35,321 nt of DNA from a virus. Lineage: Duplodnaviria > Heunggongvirae > Uroviricota > Caudoviricetes. Within the stretch, counting starts at the first letter, position 1. Every line of letters starts with the position of its first letter. The notes under the pieces were generated by a model, which saw only the letters and a program-made list of their open reading frames with translations, ran no database searches and had not been told where the DNA came from. Positions 1 through 10,636 of the stretch are shown here, in pieces. The translations under genes were made by a program, and so were the position numbers. The stretch lies in the IMG/VR virus record IMGVR_UViG_648276647_000008; one strand, given 5' to 3'.

Positions 1-1747
1 CTGATGATGCTGGAACATAATCGCTATTATTTCCTGCTTTAGGATTAGCAGGGTTTCCAACAGTTATAACAGAATCAGCAGTAGCATAAGCGATACCTAC
101 TTTGACATTAGTATTCAGATCGTAACCGTAATAATCCTGCAAAGCTGTACGAATAAATGTTGCAGTCTGACCACTTAGCAATGAACGCCCTGTATCAATC
201 CCTCTCGAATCATCCCAACCACGGATAAACTCACCGCGTAAATCAGGTAATTTTAACGTTGGGTAAACCTTTGCCAGATTTGGGTACTTTTCAGAAGAAA
301 ATGCTGCTCCGTTACATTTCAGCCACCCCGTTGGCGGTGTGGCTGAGGGCCACGGAACAGGTACACCAACGGGCAGCGCCGAGCCTTCCCCCAAACCAAG
401 GTAATCAAGAACGCTCTGAATACTGGTCTTACCAAGAATGGCGCGTCCAACACTTGTCAATGCAGTTAACGCGGCACGATCAACACCTGTGAAATAAGGG
501 AGTTTATCTGCTGCTGTAGCTAGTGCCGCTAGAGCAGTGAGCGTAGCGTCTGCCGCTTGCTTTCCATTAGCCAAATCATATGCAGCCTTGACAGCTTTCG
601 GTGTGGCGGCCAGCACTTCGGACGTGCTATTGGTAGCACTGCTGAGTTGGACTATCCCTTTTTGAGCCGTGGTTGCATCCTGGGCTGTATACTTCCCGTT
701 AGCCAGGTCATATGCAGCCTTGACAGCTTTCGGTGTGGCGGCCAGCACTTCAGACGTGCTGTTAGTGGCACTACTGAGCTGAGTGATGCCTTTCGCTGTC
801 AATGAAGCTGTTGGCACACCAGTGATCTGATTCCAGGGATGTGTATGACTGGATGGTGCCTTTCCGGCTGCTAGATCGTATGCAGCTTTAACCGCTTTTG
901 GAGTTGCAGCTAATGTTTCAGAAGTGCTGTTGGTGTCGCTACTGAGCTGAACTATCCCTTTTTGTGTCGTGGTTGCATCCTGGGCTGTATACTTCCCGTT
1001 AGCCAGGTCATATGCAGCCTTGACAGCTTTCGGTGTGGCGGCCAGCACTTCGGACGTACTGTTAGTGGCACTACTGAGCTGAACTAATCCCTTTTGCGTT
1101 GTGCTTGCATCCTGCGCCGTATACTTGCTTTTCGCCAGATCGTAGGCTTTTTTAACTGCCAGCGAACTCGCAGCAACATCACTTCTGGTACTGGTTACAG
1201 AGTCTGAAATATCAATGCCGATCGTGCGGTTGATACGCTCGGATGTATCAATCATCTCTTGAGTAATGGTAGATACGCCAGCAGGGATATTCACCGTACA
1301 AACCAGCAGTTCCCCATCACCTAACTGATATGAATCGGTATAGGTTCTGGCAACAAATTCAGCTGCATGAATATGTGACGCGGTATTCACCTGATAGGTA
1401 TCTTCTCCAAGAAGGTATCTTCCCTTCAGCACAATTGCATATTTCTTGCCTGCGTTAAGTGCAAGAGATATATCCTTACGATGCTGAATAGTTACCTGGT
1501 AGAATTCACCAATATCCACTGACGCCGCGCCAGCGGTTTTATCTCCATCCACTGAGGTGATTAACAGGTTCATCCCACCGCCAGGCTTAGGCAAGAAACC
1601 AGCATAAAATCCCGGGTCAACAATTCCCCTGAATTTTCGGTTTAGAGCGGCTGACAGATATGGTTCGTGGTATTGCACATCAGCCACCAGAGCCAACGAC
1701 TCGGGTGATGGGTAAGTAACCGATGTAACAACTGTAACGTCATTCAT
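1..1747 (-). CDS. S: Tail fibre protein, N-terminal/constant part (5' partial; runs off window start)
   Basis: Minus-strand frame open from ATG at 1747-1745 (RBS-like AAGGA upstream) to the window edge. Region ~555-1200 holds about five tandem ~150-nt coding repeats translating to ...KAAYDLANGK...SSATNSTSE.LAATPKAVKAAYDLA..., the classic phage tail-fibre repeat. Sits downstream of R/baseplate genes as in P1. Confidence 0.75.
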   Translation of the reverse strand, partial: MNDVTVVTSVTYPSPESLALVADVQYHEPYLSAALNRKFRGIVDPGFYAGFLPKPGGGMNLLITSVDGDKTAGAASVDIGEFYQVTIQHRKDISLALNAGKKYAIVLKGRYLLGEDTYQVNTASHIHAAEFVARTYTDSYQLGDGELLVCTVNIPAGVSTITQEMIDTSERINRTIGIDISDSVTSTRSDVAASSLAVKKAYDLAKSKYTAQDASTTQKGLVQLSSATNSTSEVLAATPKAVKAAYDLANGKYTAQDATTTQKGIVQLSSDTNSTSETLAATPKAVKAAYDLAAGKAPSSHTHPWNQITGVPTASLTAKGITQLSSATNSTSEVLAATPKAVKAAYDLANGKYTAQDATTAQKGIVQLSSATNSTSEVLAATPKAVKAAYDLANGKQAADATLTALAALATAADKLPYFTGVDRAALTALTSVGRAILGKTSIQSVLDYLGLGEGSALPVGVPVPWPSATPPTGWLKCNGAAFSSEKYPNLAKVYPTLKLPDLRGEFIRGWDDSRGIDTGRSLLSGQTATFIRTALQDYYGYDLNTNVKVGIAYATADSVITVGNPANPKAGNNSDYVPASS

Positions 1748-1758
1748 CAAGCATATCC

Positions 1759-2193
1759 TTATGCTGTAGTCGAGTTTATGGCCATAACTGCGGTATATGT
1801 TTTGCCCACATACAGCGAGTCTTCTTGGACACAAATAATGGCGATTGGCTTATTCTCGTTATCCAGAACAACCAGAGTGTTGAATGGGTAGTTTTTCCCT
1901 TCCTGCAACTGACTTTGATCAAGGTCCATTCGGACAGTAATTATCCCGCCTGAGTAGGTTGGGACGAGGTTGATGGTGCAAAATTGACTGGTCAGTTCTG
2001 CCAGATCGAAAGCCTTTGGCAGTTCTCCAATCTCATAAGTGCCATCTCCTTTCTTAGTAACCAGTGAACTGGTACCGAAAACGGCCTTGCTGATTAAAAA
2101 TCGAGAGCCTTTGTTAATGGACGATTCAGCGCGCCGCTGATAGTAATAGTCCAACAACTGACTCTTATAGAGGTTTGTTGAGACGTCAGACAT
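1759..2193 (-). CDS. Tail fibre-associated protein (P1 R-like, by position)
   Basis: 144-aa ORF directly upstream of the tail-fibre gene on the same strand; assignment is by synteny with P1 (16-R-S) only. Confidence 0.4.
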   Translation of the reverse strand: MSDVSTNLYKSQLLDYYYQRRAESSINKGSRFLISKAVFGTSSLVTKKGDGTYEIGELPKAFDLAELTSQFCTINLVPTYSGGIITVRMDLDQSQLQEGKNYPFNTLVVLDNENKPIAIICVQEDSLYVGKTYTAVMAINSTTA

Positions 2194-2271
2194 GATTTTC
2201 CCTAATCAATGTTGTGAAGCCTCATTGTAAGATAAGTAACTTGTCACCCCGCCCTGCGGACGGGGTGATTG

Positions 2272-3111
2272 TCACGCATCGCTATCCAACAGCAAATCAT
2301 CTGCGCGGGTGCGATCAAACGTAGGCGTTGCTTTCACAATAGTGCCGCCCGGCGTTGCAGTGATCGGGGCGTTAATCGACGTAACTTCAGTAAGCGAAGT
2401 TGTATCCGAAGTTTCAAACCAGCAGAATGCTTTTTCGGTATCAGAAATCTCATTCAAAGTGATCATGTCGGCCTGTTCATTTACAACAACCGACAAATAG
2501 AGCGTAAGCCCATCAAACACTATATGCAGTGGCAGTAGAGGCTTTACGAACTGATTAAACTTTCTGAGAATTTCTTCTGTAATTGCGGACTGATCTATCG
2601 TTCCAGTAATACCCATTGTCCGGGCCAGGTCGTTTATGGGAATACTGATCATTCCTCTGGAAGTCAGAAACATCTCACCGAATGTGCCGCCGGTGGTTTC
2701 CAGTGTGCTTTCTGGAATCAGGACCGTGCCATAGGGATGACGTTCAAAGTCCACCGGAGCATATATGGGATCCCATAAAACCGATATACCGTTAAATTCG
2801 CGATAAATTGTCTGGTTTATAGGGCGTTCAGTACCCTTAAAATGGATCTCATCAAACCGCTGTTGTAACAACATCGGAACGGAAGATGAATTCGACGTTC
2901 TGATAGTAAAAAACTGGCCAAGTTCATTTGTCCTGGTCTCCAGATCCTCCTTGCTCATGGAGAAAATAGACTTCCGGTTGGTAATTCGCTCCAACCATGG
3001 GTCAACAAAGGTGTCCATCATTGACTGAACCAAATCAGCCAATGATTTATAGAGCAATGACTTTTGCTTAGCTGATGTAAGCCGGTTATTAAACCAGGAA
3101 CGTTGCATCAC
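2272..3111 (-). CDS. Baseplate/tail-fibre attachment protein (P1 gp16-like, by position)
   Basis: 279-aa ORF whose start overlaps the stop of the upstream baseplate gene (ATGA-type coupling); synteny only. Confidence 0.4.
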   Translation of the reverse strand: MMQRSWFNNRLTSAKQKSLLYKSLADLVQSMMDTFVDPWLERITNRKSIFSMSKEDLETRTNELGQFFTIRTSNSSSVPMLLQQRFDEIHFKGTERPINQTIYREFNGISVLWDPIYAPVDFERHPYGTVLIPESTLETTGGTFGEMFLTSRGMISIPINDLARTMGITGTIDQSAITEEILRKFNQFVKPLLPLHIVFDGLTLYLSVVVNEQADMITLNEISDTEKAFCWFETSDTTSLTEVTSINAPITATPGGTIVKATPTFDRTRADDLLLDSDA

Positions 3112-4541
3112 TCCTCCTCATACGAAATATTGAAGGTGGAGTTTCCTGTATCCAGATAAACGAAATCGTAAAAGCCGTTGGACTCATTCCACTCGACAAA
3201 CTCCAGATAAAAGTCGCGGAAATAGCTCAACGTTTCGATAAACGCCCAAACGTCTTTTTTCTTAATCAGGATGTACTTTCCGACGCGGTTCGGATCAAAG
3301 AAAGTTGAGTCGCGCCCAAATTTTGTTTCCAGTGCCGACTTCAGCTCATCGGTCACGTTCTCAATGGTCAGGCTTGCCGATATCCGTCCGGTGATGGTTA
3401 TCTTAAATGGTAGTTTTCTGACCTCTTTATAAGAGAATTTCTTGTTCAGTTCATTCGGTACCTTCTTAAAGGCAGTCAGGATCATTTCTTCAAGCTCTGA
3501 CTGGCTTTTATTTGGATGCCATCCTGAAATAAATATCTTATTGATATTCTGAACATTATAAGCACCATCTAATTTCTCTTGCTGGCCTTCGCCCCATGCC
3601 TTTACCCAGGACAGCCCCGGGATGTTACGAACCAGAAAATACGTATAGTCCCCGCCCCATACAACCTGATCATCATAGGCAAGGTAATATTGTGCACGGT
3701 TACGTGTGATCTCCGTTGTTTCAGCATCGGTACCTGCGGTTATAGGTGTCGTTGTCTTAACTGAAATCAAATTAGCTAAATTAGCCGCAGAATCGACAGG
3801 CGTCAGGTTTTGGCCAGCAACCAGGGTTATATCGCCGTTGGTGCACCATACCTTAAGCGTAATTGTCGAGCCTTCTGGCGGTATTTGCCCAATTAGCCCA
3901 TCGCCGAATCGAACACCCAACTGTTCGGATGGTTTATAAAACTCAACGTAGACCTGGCTTTTACTACCAGCTAACCGGAACATTGTGCTGGAAGACCACT
4001 GCGTGGTCTTACCATCGGTCGTCACGAATACTTCCAGCTTATAGCAGACAGCAGTGAGAGCCTTTGATAACACGACTTCCAGAAATTCTTTGGCTGCCGT
4101 AACGGTATATGTCACCTCCTGGATTTCCAACTGTGCCACTTCTACCGTACCGGTGCCGTCAACCAACCTGCATACATCCATAGTCATGTAAGGGTACTGG
4201 TCGTCAGATATTAAAGGCGTGTTTTTGGGGATTACCGCTGGAGCATCTTCACTTGTGGCTGTGATCTCAACCATCCCGGATGACGGTGTTGGCTTGGTAC
4301 CAACGTAACTATTCGTTTCTGCCGCTGCCAGGATAGAGGAACGCCGCGTCGCGGTCGATATAAAGCCTTCAGCCAGTGCCGCATCGGCATACTGAAAGCA
4401 CCTGTAGACAATCTGGGTAATAAACAATGTCAGCATCGAGACAAATTGAGAGCCGACAAACTTCGACCAGAATGAATCTTTCTCGACAAGCTCTTCAAAC
4501 TCTGCACGAATACTGTCTTTAGTCGGTGTTGTTTTACTCAT
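3108..4541 (-). CDS. Baseplate wedge protein (J/gp6-like; P1 bplA-like)
   Basis: 477-aa ORF translationally coupled between a gp25/W-like gene and the gp16-like gene; size and position typical of myophage baseplate J-like protein. Not verified by alignment. Confidence 0.45.
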   Translation of the reverse strand: MSKTTPTKDSIRAEFEELVEKDSFWSKFVGSQFVSMLTLFITQIVYRCFQYADAALAEGFISTATRRSSILAAAETNSYVGTKPTPSSGMVEITATSEDAPAVIPKNTPLISDDQYPYMTMDVCRLVDGTGTVEVAQLEIQEVTYTVTAAKEFLEVVLSKALTAVCYKLEVFVTTDGKTTQWSSSTMFRLAGSKSQVYVEFYKPSEQLGVRFGDGLIGQIPPEGSTITLKVWCTNGDITLVAGQNLTPVDSAANLANLISVKTTTPITAGTDAETTEITRNRAQYYLAYDDQVVWGGDYTYFLVRNIPGLSWVKAWGEGQQEKLDGAYNVQNINKIFISGWHPNKSQSELEEMILTAFKKVPNELNKKFSYKEVRKLPFKITITGRISASLTIENVTDELKSALETKFGRDSTFFDPNRVGKYILIKKKDVWAFIETLSYFRDFYLEFVEWNESNGFYDFVYLDTGNSTFNISYEEE

Positions 4542-4897
4542 AGCACCACGTCCTGTGTGATAGTTATATCCCTGATACGAATGGATATTTTCAACTTATC
4601 AAAAGCATCTCCCTCGGCTACTGACAAGCCAGAAATCGGTATGTCAGGTAAATCTACCGTCAGTTTTTGCAACAGCATTGCCTCAACCGCAATTTGAACA
4701 TGCGACAAGTTGGTCGGTTCGTGTTTAAACTGCGGTAAAACATTGCCCCATGACGGATCTCCGTATACCTCACCCTGATAAGTGTTTAGCCACTCATATA
4801 AACGAGCGCCCCAGGCCTCCTCCTGGGACTCATACGTTTTTACGCCGGATAACTCCAGCGTCAGCAAAGGATCAATTTCGTTATTGTTGGCCATCAA
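4538..4897 (-). CDS. Small baseplate protein (gp25/GPW-like; P1 pmgA-like)
   Basis: 119-aa ORF overlapping the sit stop and the bplA-like start; position typical of a GPW/gp25 baseplate wedge subunit. Confidence 0.4.
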   Translation of the reverse strand: MMANNNEIDPLLTLELSGVKTYESQEEAWGARLYEWLNTYQGEVYGDPSWGNVLPQFKHEPTNLSHVQIAVEAMLLQKLTVDLPDIPISGLSVAEGDAFDKLKISIRIRDITITQDVVL

Positions 4898-7800
4898 TCA
4901 ACTCTCGCGTAGTCATTCATCAACGGATCATCAATTGACAGTGGTACCGTGCGCATAACGCCCGGCTGAGGCGTGCTGACCTTTACGACAGTTCCCTGGC
5001 CTTTCGCCGAGTCTTTGGTGTGCTCTTCAATCCTGGCAAGCAATGAGGTCATCTGCGCAAACAGCCGCTTCGTTTCACCATCAAGTGAAACGGTATTATC
5101 AGCCAACTGCATTGTCGGCTTGGCACCGGAACCGCCAAGGTCACTAATAACCTGCCCGTCTATCTGCATACGACCGGTTGGTTGCTGCAAATCGTTGGCG
5201 GCAGTCGTCACCTGGGACGTGGAGGCTGGTTCAGGCGCATTATTTTTCCGCATCCCCGGCGAGTTGCGGAGTTTATCGAATAGTCCATCAATCCCCATTT
5301 GTGCGCCGAGTTGGTCAAAGTAACTTGAGTTGCTGGCCACCGGACGCGCCTCTTCAACTGGCATCGGAGTATCAACATACACATTGCCAGCTGCTGTTGC
5401 GGTCCCCTTCCCTCGTGCACGTTCTTCGAGCGTTCCCTGAACGACTTCCCGACGCATACCCCGGCCATTCATGAATTTGTTGACCAGATCGTTAACGCCA
5501 ACAGCATTGCCGATTTTGTCTACCAGACCGCCTTTCTCAAACGGGCTATCACCAGGGGTAAACGCCAGACCAGTAGACTGATCGATAACGGCGTTATCAG
5601 GCAGTTGTCCCCTCACTCCATATTGCGCCCCACCCTGTGCTCCTGCTCCAGGTGTATAGATTTCACCACCTAAATAGCGAGCACGATGAGTATTGACCTT
5701 GATCGCGTACTCACGGTTTTCCTTCGATAAGTCACCGGTGCCTTTTTTCCACTTATTAATAGTGCCAAACCCAGCGTTATATGCAGTGATGGCCTCGTTT
5801 AAGTCTCCATTGGCTTGCTTCAGATACTTGCTCATGAGAAGAGCCGCAGCTTCTGCCGATTTCACAGGATCAAATGCATCCGGTTCCGATATCCCTGTCT
5901 CTTTACGAGCAATACTCGTGAACTGGAACATCCCGAGTGCGCCACCACTTAACTTTCCATCTGGTGATCTTGTAAGCGGAGACTTTGCGTTAGGATCCCC
6001 TCCTGATTCAGTTGCAGCAATCGCGTAAAGAGTGCCTTCTGGAAGACCATATTTATTCTCTAGTTCAGCAAAATATGGAGCCAACTTATCGAGATTTGCC
6101 TTACCTTCAGCGCCAAGACTTCCTACTTTTACATCCAAGTTGCCATTGTTGTAGGTATCCGCAGCTTTCTGAATGTCATTCCTGGTGCCAGTGGTATTAA
6201 GCGACGATGATGACGAGCTATTTTGACCAATAGCTTTATCAATTTTCTGCAACGCGCTATTGCCCGTTTCTACGGCATTTGCATTGATAATCTGATTGGC
6301 AGTTTGTTTAACTGTTTTATTGCTATCTTTCGCCGTGTCCAGTGCCGCATTTATCACGCGGGTAGCAATATTACTCTGTTTGGCATCGGATTCAGTTTTA
6401 GAATTAGACGTCTCCTGGTGGCTATTAACCGGAGCTTTTAACTCTGGAATGATTTCTTTCGCATTAGCCTCGCCGATCGGATTGGGTATTTTTGATACAA
6501 TCATTGCCGCAGGGGTATTTTTAACGGCATCAACCGCTGCATCTAATGCTTTACCGGGTAAATTTTTAACCCCATCCCAAATATTACCAGCCGCCTCTTT
6601 AATGTGTTTCCCTGGGTTCTTAATGAAGTCAATTGCACTATCAATTGCATCACTGAAAACCTGTTTCAGGTTATCGACAGTAAAGAAGTCTTTTATGGCA
6701 TCCAGCTTTTCAAGCAACTTATTAGATGTATCGCTAAACCATGCTGAAACAGCATCACCAATCTTTGCTGTGTAATCATCGAACTTGGTAGAAATGGTGT
6801 CGCCAAGGTTAGAAATATATGTTTCTAAGTTGGTAACCCCGCTATCAATGGCCTGGGCAATACTTTCCGTCGAAAATGATTGCAACATATTGCCGATATC
6901 CTCAAATCCAAGTGATTTGAGAACATCACCAATAGCACTGCTAATACCAGATACCAGTCCCCCCAAATCAAGAACATTGGCTAACGTATAAGCGGCTTTT
7001 TGCTGGAATGATGGATCTTGTCCTGATTTAAGCCCAAACGCTCGACGTTGCGCTTCTGTATCATTCCAACCGGTTACCGCATCATAAATACCTCCAGCCA
7101 CTGTGCCGACTAGGGGAATTGCGCGTAACGCCCCTTTACCAACTGCCTTTAATCCAAGTTTACCTGCTGCCCGGGCAGCCAAATCTCCGCCTTCATGGGC
7201 GAGAGTCTTCTTGCCCCCACTGCGTAGCATTCCTACGAGTCTCTTTGCCCCCAGAGCGCCAAAAGCGAGTGCTCCAGCTTTTTTCAGCATGCCACGCCCC
7301 ATTAACAACGACGCGACGCCACCGGCCCCCTTCCCTAACAGGCTAAATAGTTTGGACAGCAAGCCGCCCTTCTTTTTCCCGGTGTTTTTGGCTATCTGAT
7401 CAAGGGCGCTGAGAATCTTGTCATTGCCCTCTTTAATTTCGCTGGTCTGCTCCTGAAGTTCCTGAACCGTCCGTTTTTGGGTGTTAACCTGAACGACATC
7501 GGCACTATTTTGCGATTTACGCCTAAAAAAACCTTTTCTACGGCTGTTATCGTCATTGCCACGAATCACATCGGCAATAGACTTTCTGGCACCATTAAGC
7601 GATCCACCAACTTCTTTTGATATCCCGCCAAGCTCCTTCCCTGCTGCCCACAATGGACCAGCAACGGCATAACCTAACGCATCGACGGCACGAGTCTCTG
7701 AAGGGTTACCTATGCCTTCAGCTACTTTTGACAGTTTTTTTAATAAACCTGATTCAGCATTTAGACGCTCATCATCCTCTTTGCGCCTGGCCTTTTCAGC

Positions 7801-8316
7801 ACGTTCAGCACGGGCATCTTCCGCTGCGGCCTTACTCCCTGACTTTCCAATAAAACGACCACGCGCATCGCGTTGGTTTTGGCTTTTTTGCGCACCGCCT
7901 TTTTGACCGAACATTTCGCGAGCGTGTTCGGCTGCTTCGGTCCGTTGCGCCTTTACATCTTCTGTTATAGCCTTCTTGCGTCGTTTTTTACCCTTTCGCG
8001 TAGTTGATTTGGCCTGCGGTTCCTGTAGAGCAACATCCTCCTGAACTACACGAGAAACGTCCCCTAAATTAAGCCGTTTCATTGCCTCAACAATAGGGTC
8101 CACTGATGGCGCATTGGCCACAAAGTCTGGCCGGGAATTTTCGATTGTGCGATTTAATGCCGACACACTGCGAGAGACAGGATCAACAGTTGCAACGCGT
8201 CCCCCTTTCAAATCTTCAACAGCTTCCCGGATACCTGCAAGCTCTTCCAGCTCTTTTGCGCTGGCGGTTTCAACTGTCCTTATAACATCGTCAATGTTGG
8301 CGTTTTTTCTTTCCAT
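4894..8316 (-). CDS. sit: Structural injection transglycosylase / tape-measure-like protein with lytic transglycosylase (SLT) domain
   Basis: 1140-aa ORF (same length as recalled for P1 Sit), ATG at 8316. Contains an SLT-like segment (...AIAATESGGDPNAKS...GALGMFQFTSIARKETGI...AITAYNAGFG...) and long Ala/Gly/Lys-rich coiled-coil-like regions. Confidence 0.8.
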   Translation of the reverse strand: MERKNANIDDVIRTVETASAKELEELAGIREAVEDLKGGRVATVDPVSRSVSALNRTIENSRPDFVANAPSVDPIVEAMKRLNLGDVSRVVQEDVALQEPQAKSTTRKGKKRRKKAITEDVKAQRTEAAEHAREMFGQKGGAQKSQNQRDARGRFIGKSGSKAAAEDARAERAEKARRKEDDERLNAESGLLKKLSKVAEGIGNPSETRAVDALGYAVAGPLWAAGKELGGISKEVGGSLNGARKSIADVIRGNDDNSRRKGFFRRKSQNSADVVQVNTQKRTVQELQEQTSEIKEGNDKILSALDQIAKNTGKKKGGLLSKLFSLLGKGAGGVASLLMGRGMLKKAGALAFGALGAKRLVGMLRSGGKKTLAHEGGDLAARAAGKLGLKAVGKGALRAIPLVGTVAGGIYDAVTGWNDTEAQRRAFGLKSGQDPSFQQKAAYTLANVLDLGGLVSGISSAIGDVLKSLGFEDIGNMLQSFSTESIAQAIDSGVTNLETYISNLGDTISTKFDDYTAKIGDAVSAWFSDTSNKLLEKLDAIKDFFTVDNLKQVFSDAIDSAIDFIKNPGKHIKEAAGNIWDGVKNLPGKALDAAVDAVKNTPAAMIVSKIPNPIGEANAKEIIPELKAPVNSHQETSNSKTESDAKQSNIATRVINAALDTAKDSNKTVKQTANQIINANAVETGNSALQKIDKAIGQNSSSSSSLNTTGTRNDIQKAADTYNNGNLDVKVGSLGAEGKANLDKLAPYFAELENKYGLPEGTLYAIAATESGGDPNAKSPLTRSPDGKLSGGALGMFQFTSIARKETGISEPDAFDPVKSAEAAALLMSKYLKQANGDLNEAITAYNAGFGTINKWKKGTGDLSKENREYAIKVNTHRARYLGGEIYTPGAGAQGGAQYGVRGQLPDNAVIDQSTGLAFTPGDSPFEKGGLVDKIGNAVGVNDLVNKFMNGRGMRREVVQGTLEERARGKGTATAAGNVYVDTPMPVEEARPVASNSSYFDQLGAQMGIDGLFDKLRNSPGMRKNNAPEPASTSQVTTAANDLQQPTGRMQIDGQVISDLGGSGAKPTMQLADNTVSLDGETKRLFAQMTSLLARIEEHTKDSAKGQGTVVKVSTPQPGVMRTVPLSIDDPLMNDYARVD

Positions 8317-8397
8317 GATCTTATCGCCTACCGTTTCGGTTTAAGTTTTTCTTCCAGTTTCTCCAACAGGAAAAACGCATAGGATTCAGTAAGCCTT

Positions 8398-9279
8398 TCA
8401 GCGTCCTGAATCGGTATACCCCCATACAAAACCAGGTTGGACACTAAGGTCTGATAGCTTTTCAATCCCCACCTGTGGAATGAAGTCGGTAGCCCGAAAG
8501 GGCACCCACAGACGGGTATATGCACCCTCTGTGGACTCCTTTTTATCCTGATTTGGGCATTTATGCGGCGGGAGACGAAGACGCATTTCACCTTTATCGA
8601 TGTAGCACGGTAAACCATGTTCGAGCTTTTCATGAGCCAGTCGGATGTGTGCCGCCAGCTTCATAAATTCAGTATCAATGGCCATCCGTTTAATCGTTTC
8701 ATAACGACGCTCAGCCTGATCTTCACGAGTACCGCTAACATCGTTATAAAGCTCACACTGATAAGCGAATTCCCAAAAACGCAAATCAACGATCGCTTCT
8801 TTGAATTCCGCGTCGTCTTCAGGTGGCAATGCTGCACGGCGCATCTCCAGCATTTCCATTGCCCAACCATCAAGCGGCACGATACGCCATTGATAAGGTA
8901 CACCCTCTACAGACACCTCAATATCGTCAATGAAAGGTTCCACTTCCAGGACCTGGATATCTTCAGCCAGAGCATTCATATCGCAATCGTAATAATGCTC
9001 TTTACCGCAATGTTTACAGGTGTAGGTGAATGTCTCGACCGGTGTTTCACGGGAGCCGGTAAATATCCACCATAACGCGGTAATCCGGTCCTGCGCCGTC
9101 CATGTCAGGGGATCATGTTTCGCGGGTTCAGCCAGCAAGGCTTTTAAATACGCCGTTGTCTGTTGTTCTTGTTCCTCCGGTGTTATCGAGTTGAAACGCA
9201 TCGCATCAGCAATATTTGGCTGACGGAACTGGATCAATTCAGTTGGCCGCGATGGTAGCGGGAAAAGAGGTAAAAGCAT
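8398..9279 (-). CDS. Putative morphogenetic protein (P1 pmgB-like, by position)
   Basis: 293-aa ORF with a good RBS (AAGGAG 5 nt before ATG at 9279); contains a CxxC...C cluster (CKHCGKEHYYDCD); function unknown. Confidence 0.4.
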   Translation of the reverse strand: MLLPLFPLPSRPTELIQFRQPNIADAMRFNSITPEEQEQQTTAYLKALLAEPAKHDPLTWTAQDRITALWWIFTGSRETPVETFTYTCKHCGKEHYYDCDMNALAEDIQVLEVEPFIDDIEVSVEGVPYQWRIVPLDGWAMEMLEMRRAALPPEDDAEFKEAIVDLRFWEFAYQCELYNDVSGTREDQAERRYETIKRMAIDTEFMKLAAHIRLAHEKLEHGLPCYIDKGEMRLRLPPHKCPNQDKKESTEGAYTRLWVPFRATDFIPQVGIEKLSDLSVQPGFVWGYTDSGR

Positions 9280-9293
9280 CCTTGCTCCTTAAT

Positions 9294-9905
9294 TCAAAGA
9301 GAAAAGCTAAAGCCCAGAAGGGAAGCCAAAGAACTTGAGGATTGGTTAAACGTGCTGTGCAATGCGAAGGTCATTGGGAATGACTTAAATTCAGTAACCT
9401 GATCTCGCGCATAGGTGACATCGCCGGTAGTGACCGGGAATACCGTCATCTCATTTTCCAGTTTGGTTAAGCCGGAAGACAGCAACCGATAAATACGCAC
9501 ATTGAGCAAATATTTAGACGGTATATTCCCGGTACCGTCCGGATTGATCACCCGACTTTTTGCCGTCTTAAACCAGTCCAAAACGAGGCCATCAACGGTA
9601 TCCCTGACCATCATTGTTATCTGCCCTGGCGAGCGCTCCGTTGGTTGAAGGATATTCCCTCCGCCGATTTTAATCGTTTCATATTCGATGCTGTAATCGT
9701 GGTAGGTAATATCTTTGGCAAAGAAGTCTGCCCCCTCCAGTCCATCAACTTCGACAGAGAACTGCCATCCTTGCGCGAACAGCATTTTGTTCATGATGAT
9801 TGACGTCAGCTTACCAACTTCCCGTTCACCAACGCCGGAGCCAAATAATGTCGTCGTTAATGCCGAAGATACATAAGACTTTACTGAAGCAACATTAAAC
9901 CCCAT
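9294..9905 (-). CDS. Putative tail protein (P1 tub-like, by position)
   Basis: 203-aa ORF tightly packed between the pmgC-like and pmgB-like genes on the minus strand. Confidence 0.35.
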   Translation of the reverse strand: MGFNVASVKSYVSSALTTTLFGSGVGEREVGKLTSIIMNKMLFAQGWQFSVEVDGLEGADFFAKDITYHDYSIEYETIKIGGGNILQPTERSPGQITMMVRDTVDGLVLDWFKTAKSRVINPDGTGNIPSKYLLNVRIYRLLSSGLTKLENEMTVFPVTTGDVTYARDQVTEFKSFPMTFALHSTFNQSSSSLASLLGFSFSL

Positions 9906-9915
9906 ATCAGCCCTC

Positions 9916-10523
<608 letters not shown>

Positions 10524-10636
10524 TTGTCATTTGTTACCGGTCAGTCTACACATTTCAGATACTATGTTAAAACAACTCAAGTGCTTCAAGTAGCACATCG
10601 TCATCAACACCCAGCCCCAAGATACGGTGATAAAAT

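Noticed and set aside
2245-2269. Hairpin CACCCCG-CCCTGCGGA-CGGGGTG between the gp16-like and R-like genes as a terminator
   Set aside because: No U-tract follows on the transcribed minus strand and the genes appear co-transcribed; more likely an mRNA structural element.
4973-8344. Numerous 60-160-aa ORFs on the plus strand inside sit
   Set aside because: All are antisense to the 1140-aa sit frame, which has a coherent domain structure; none has a convincing RBS.
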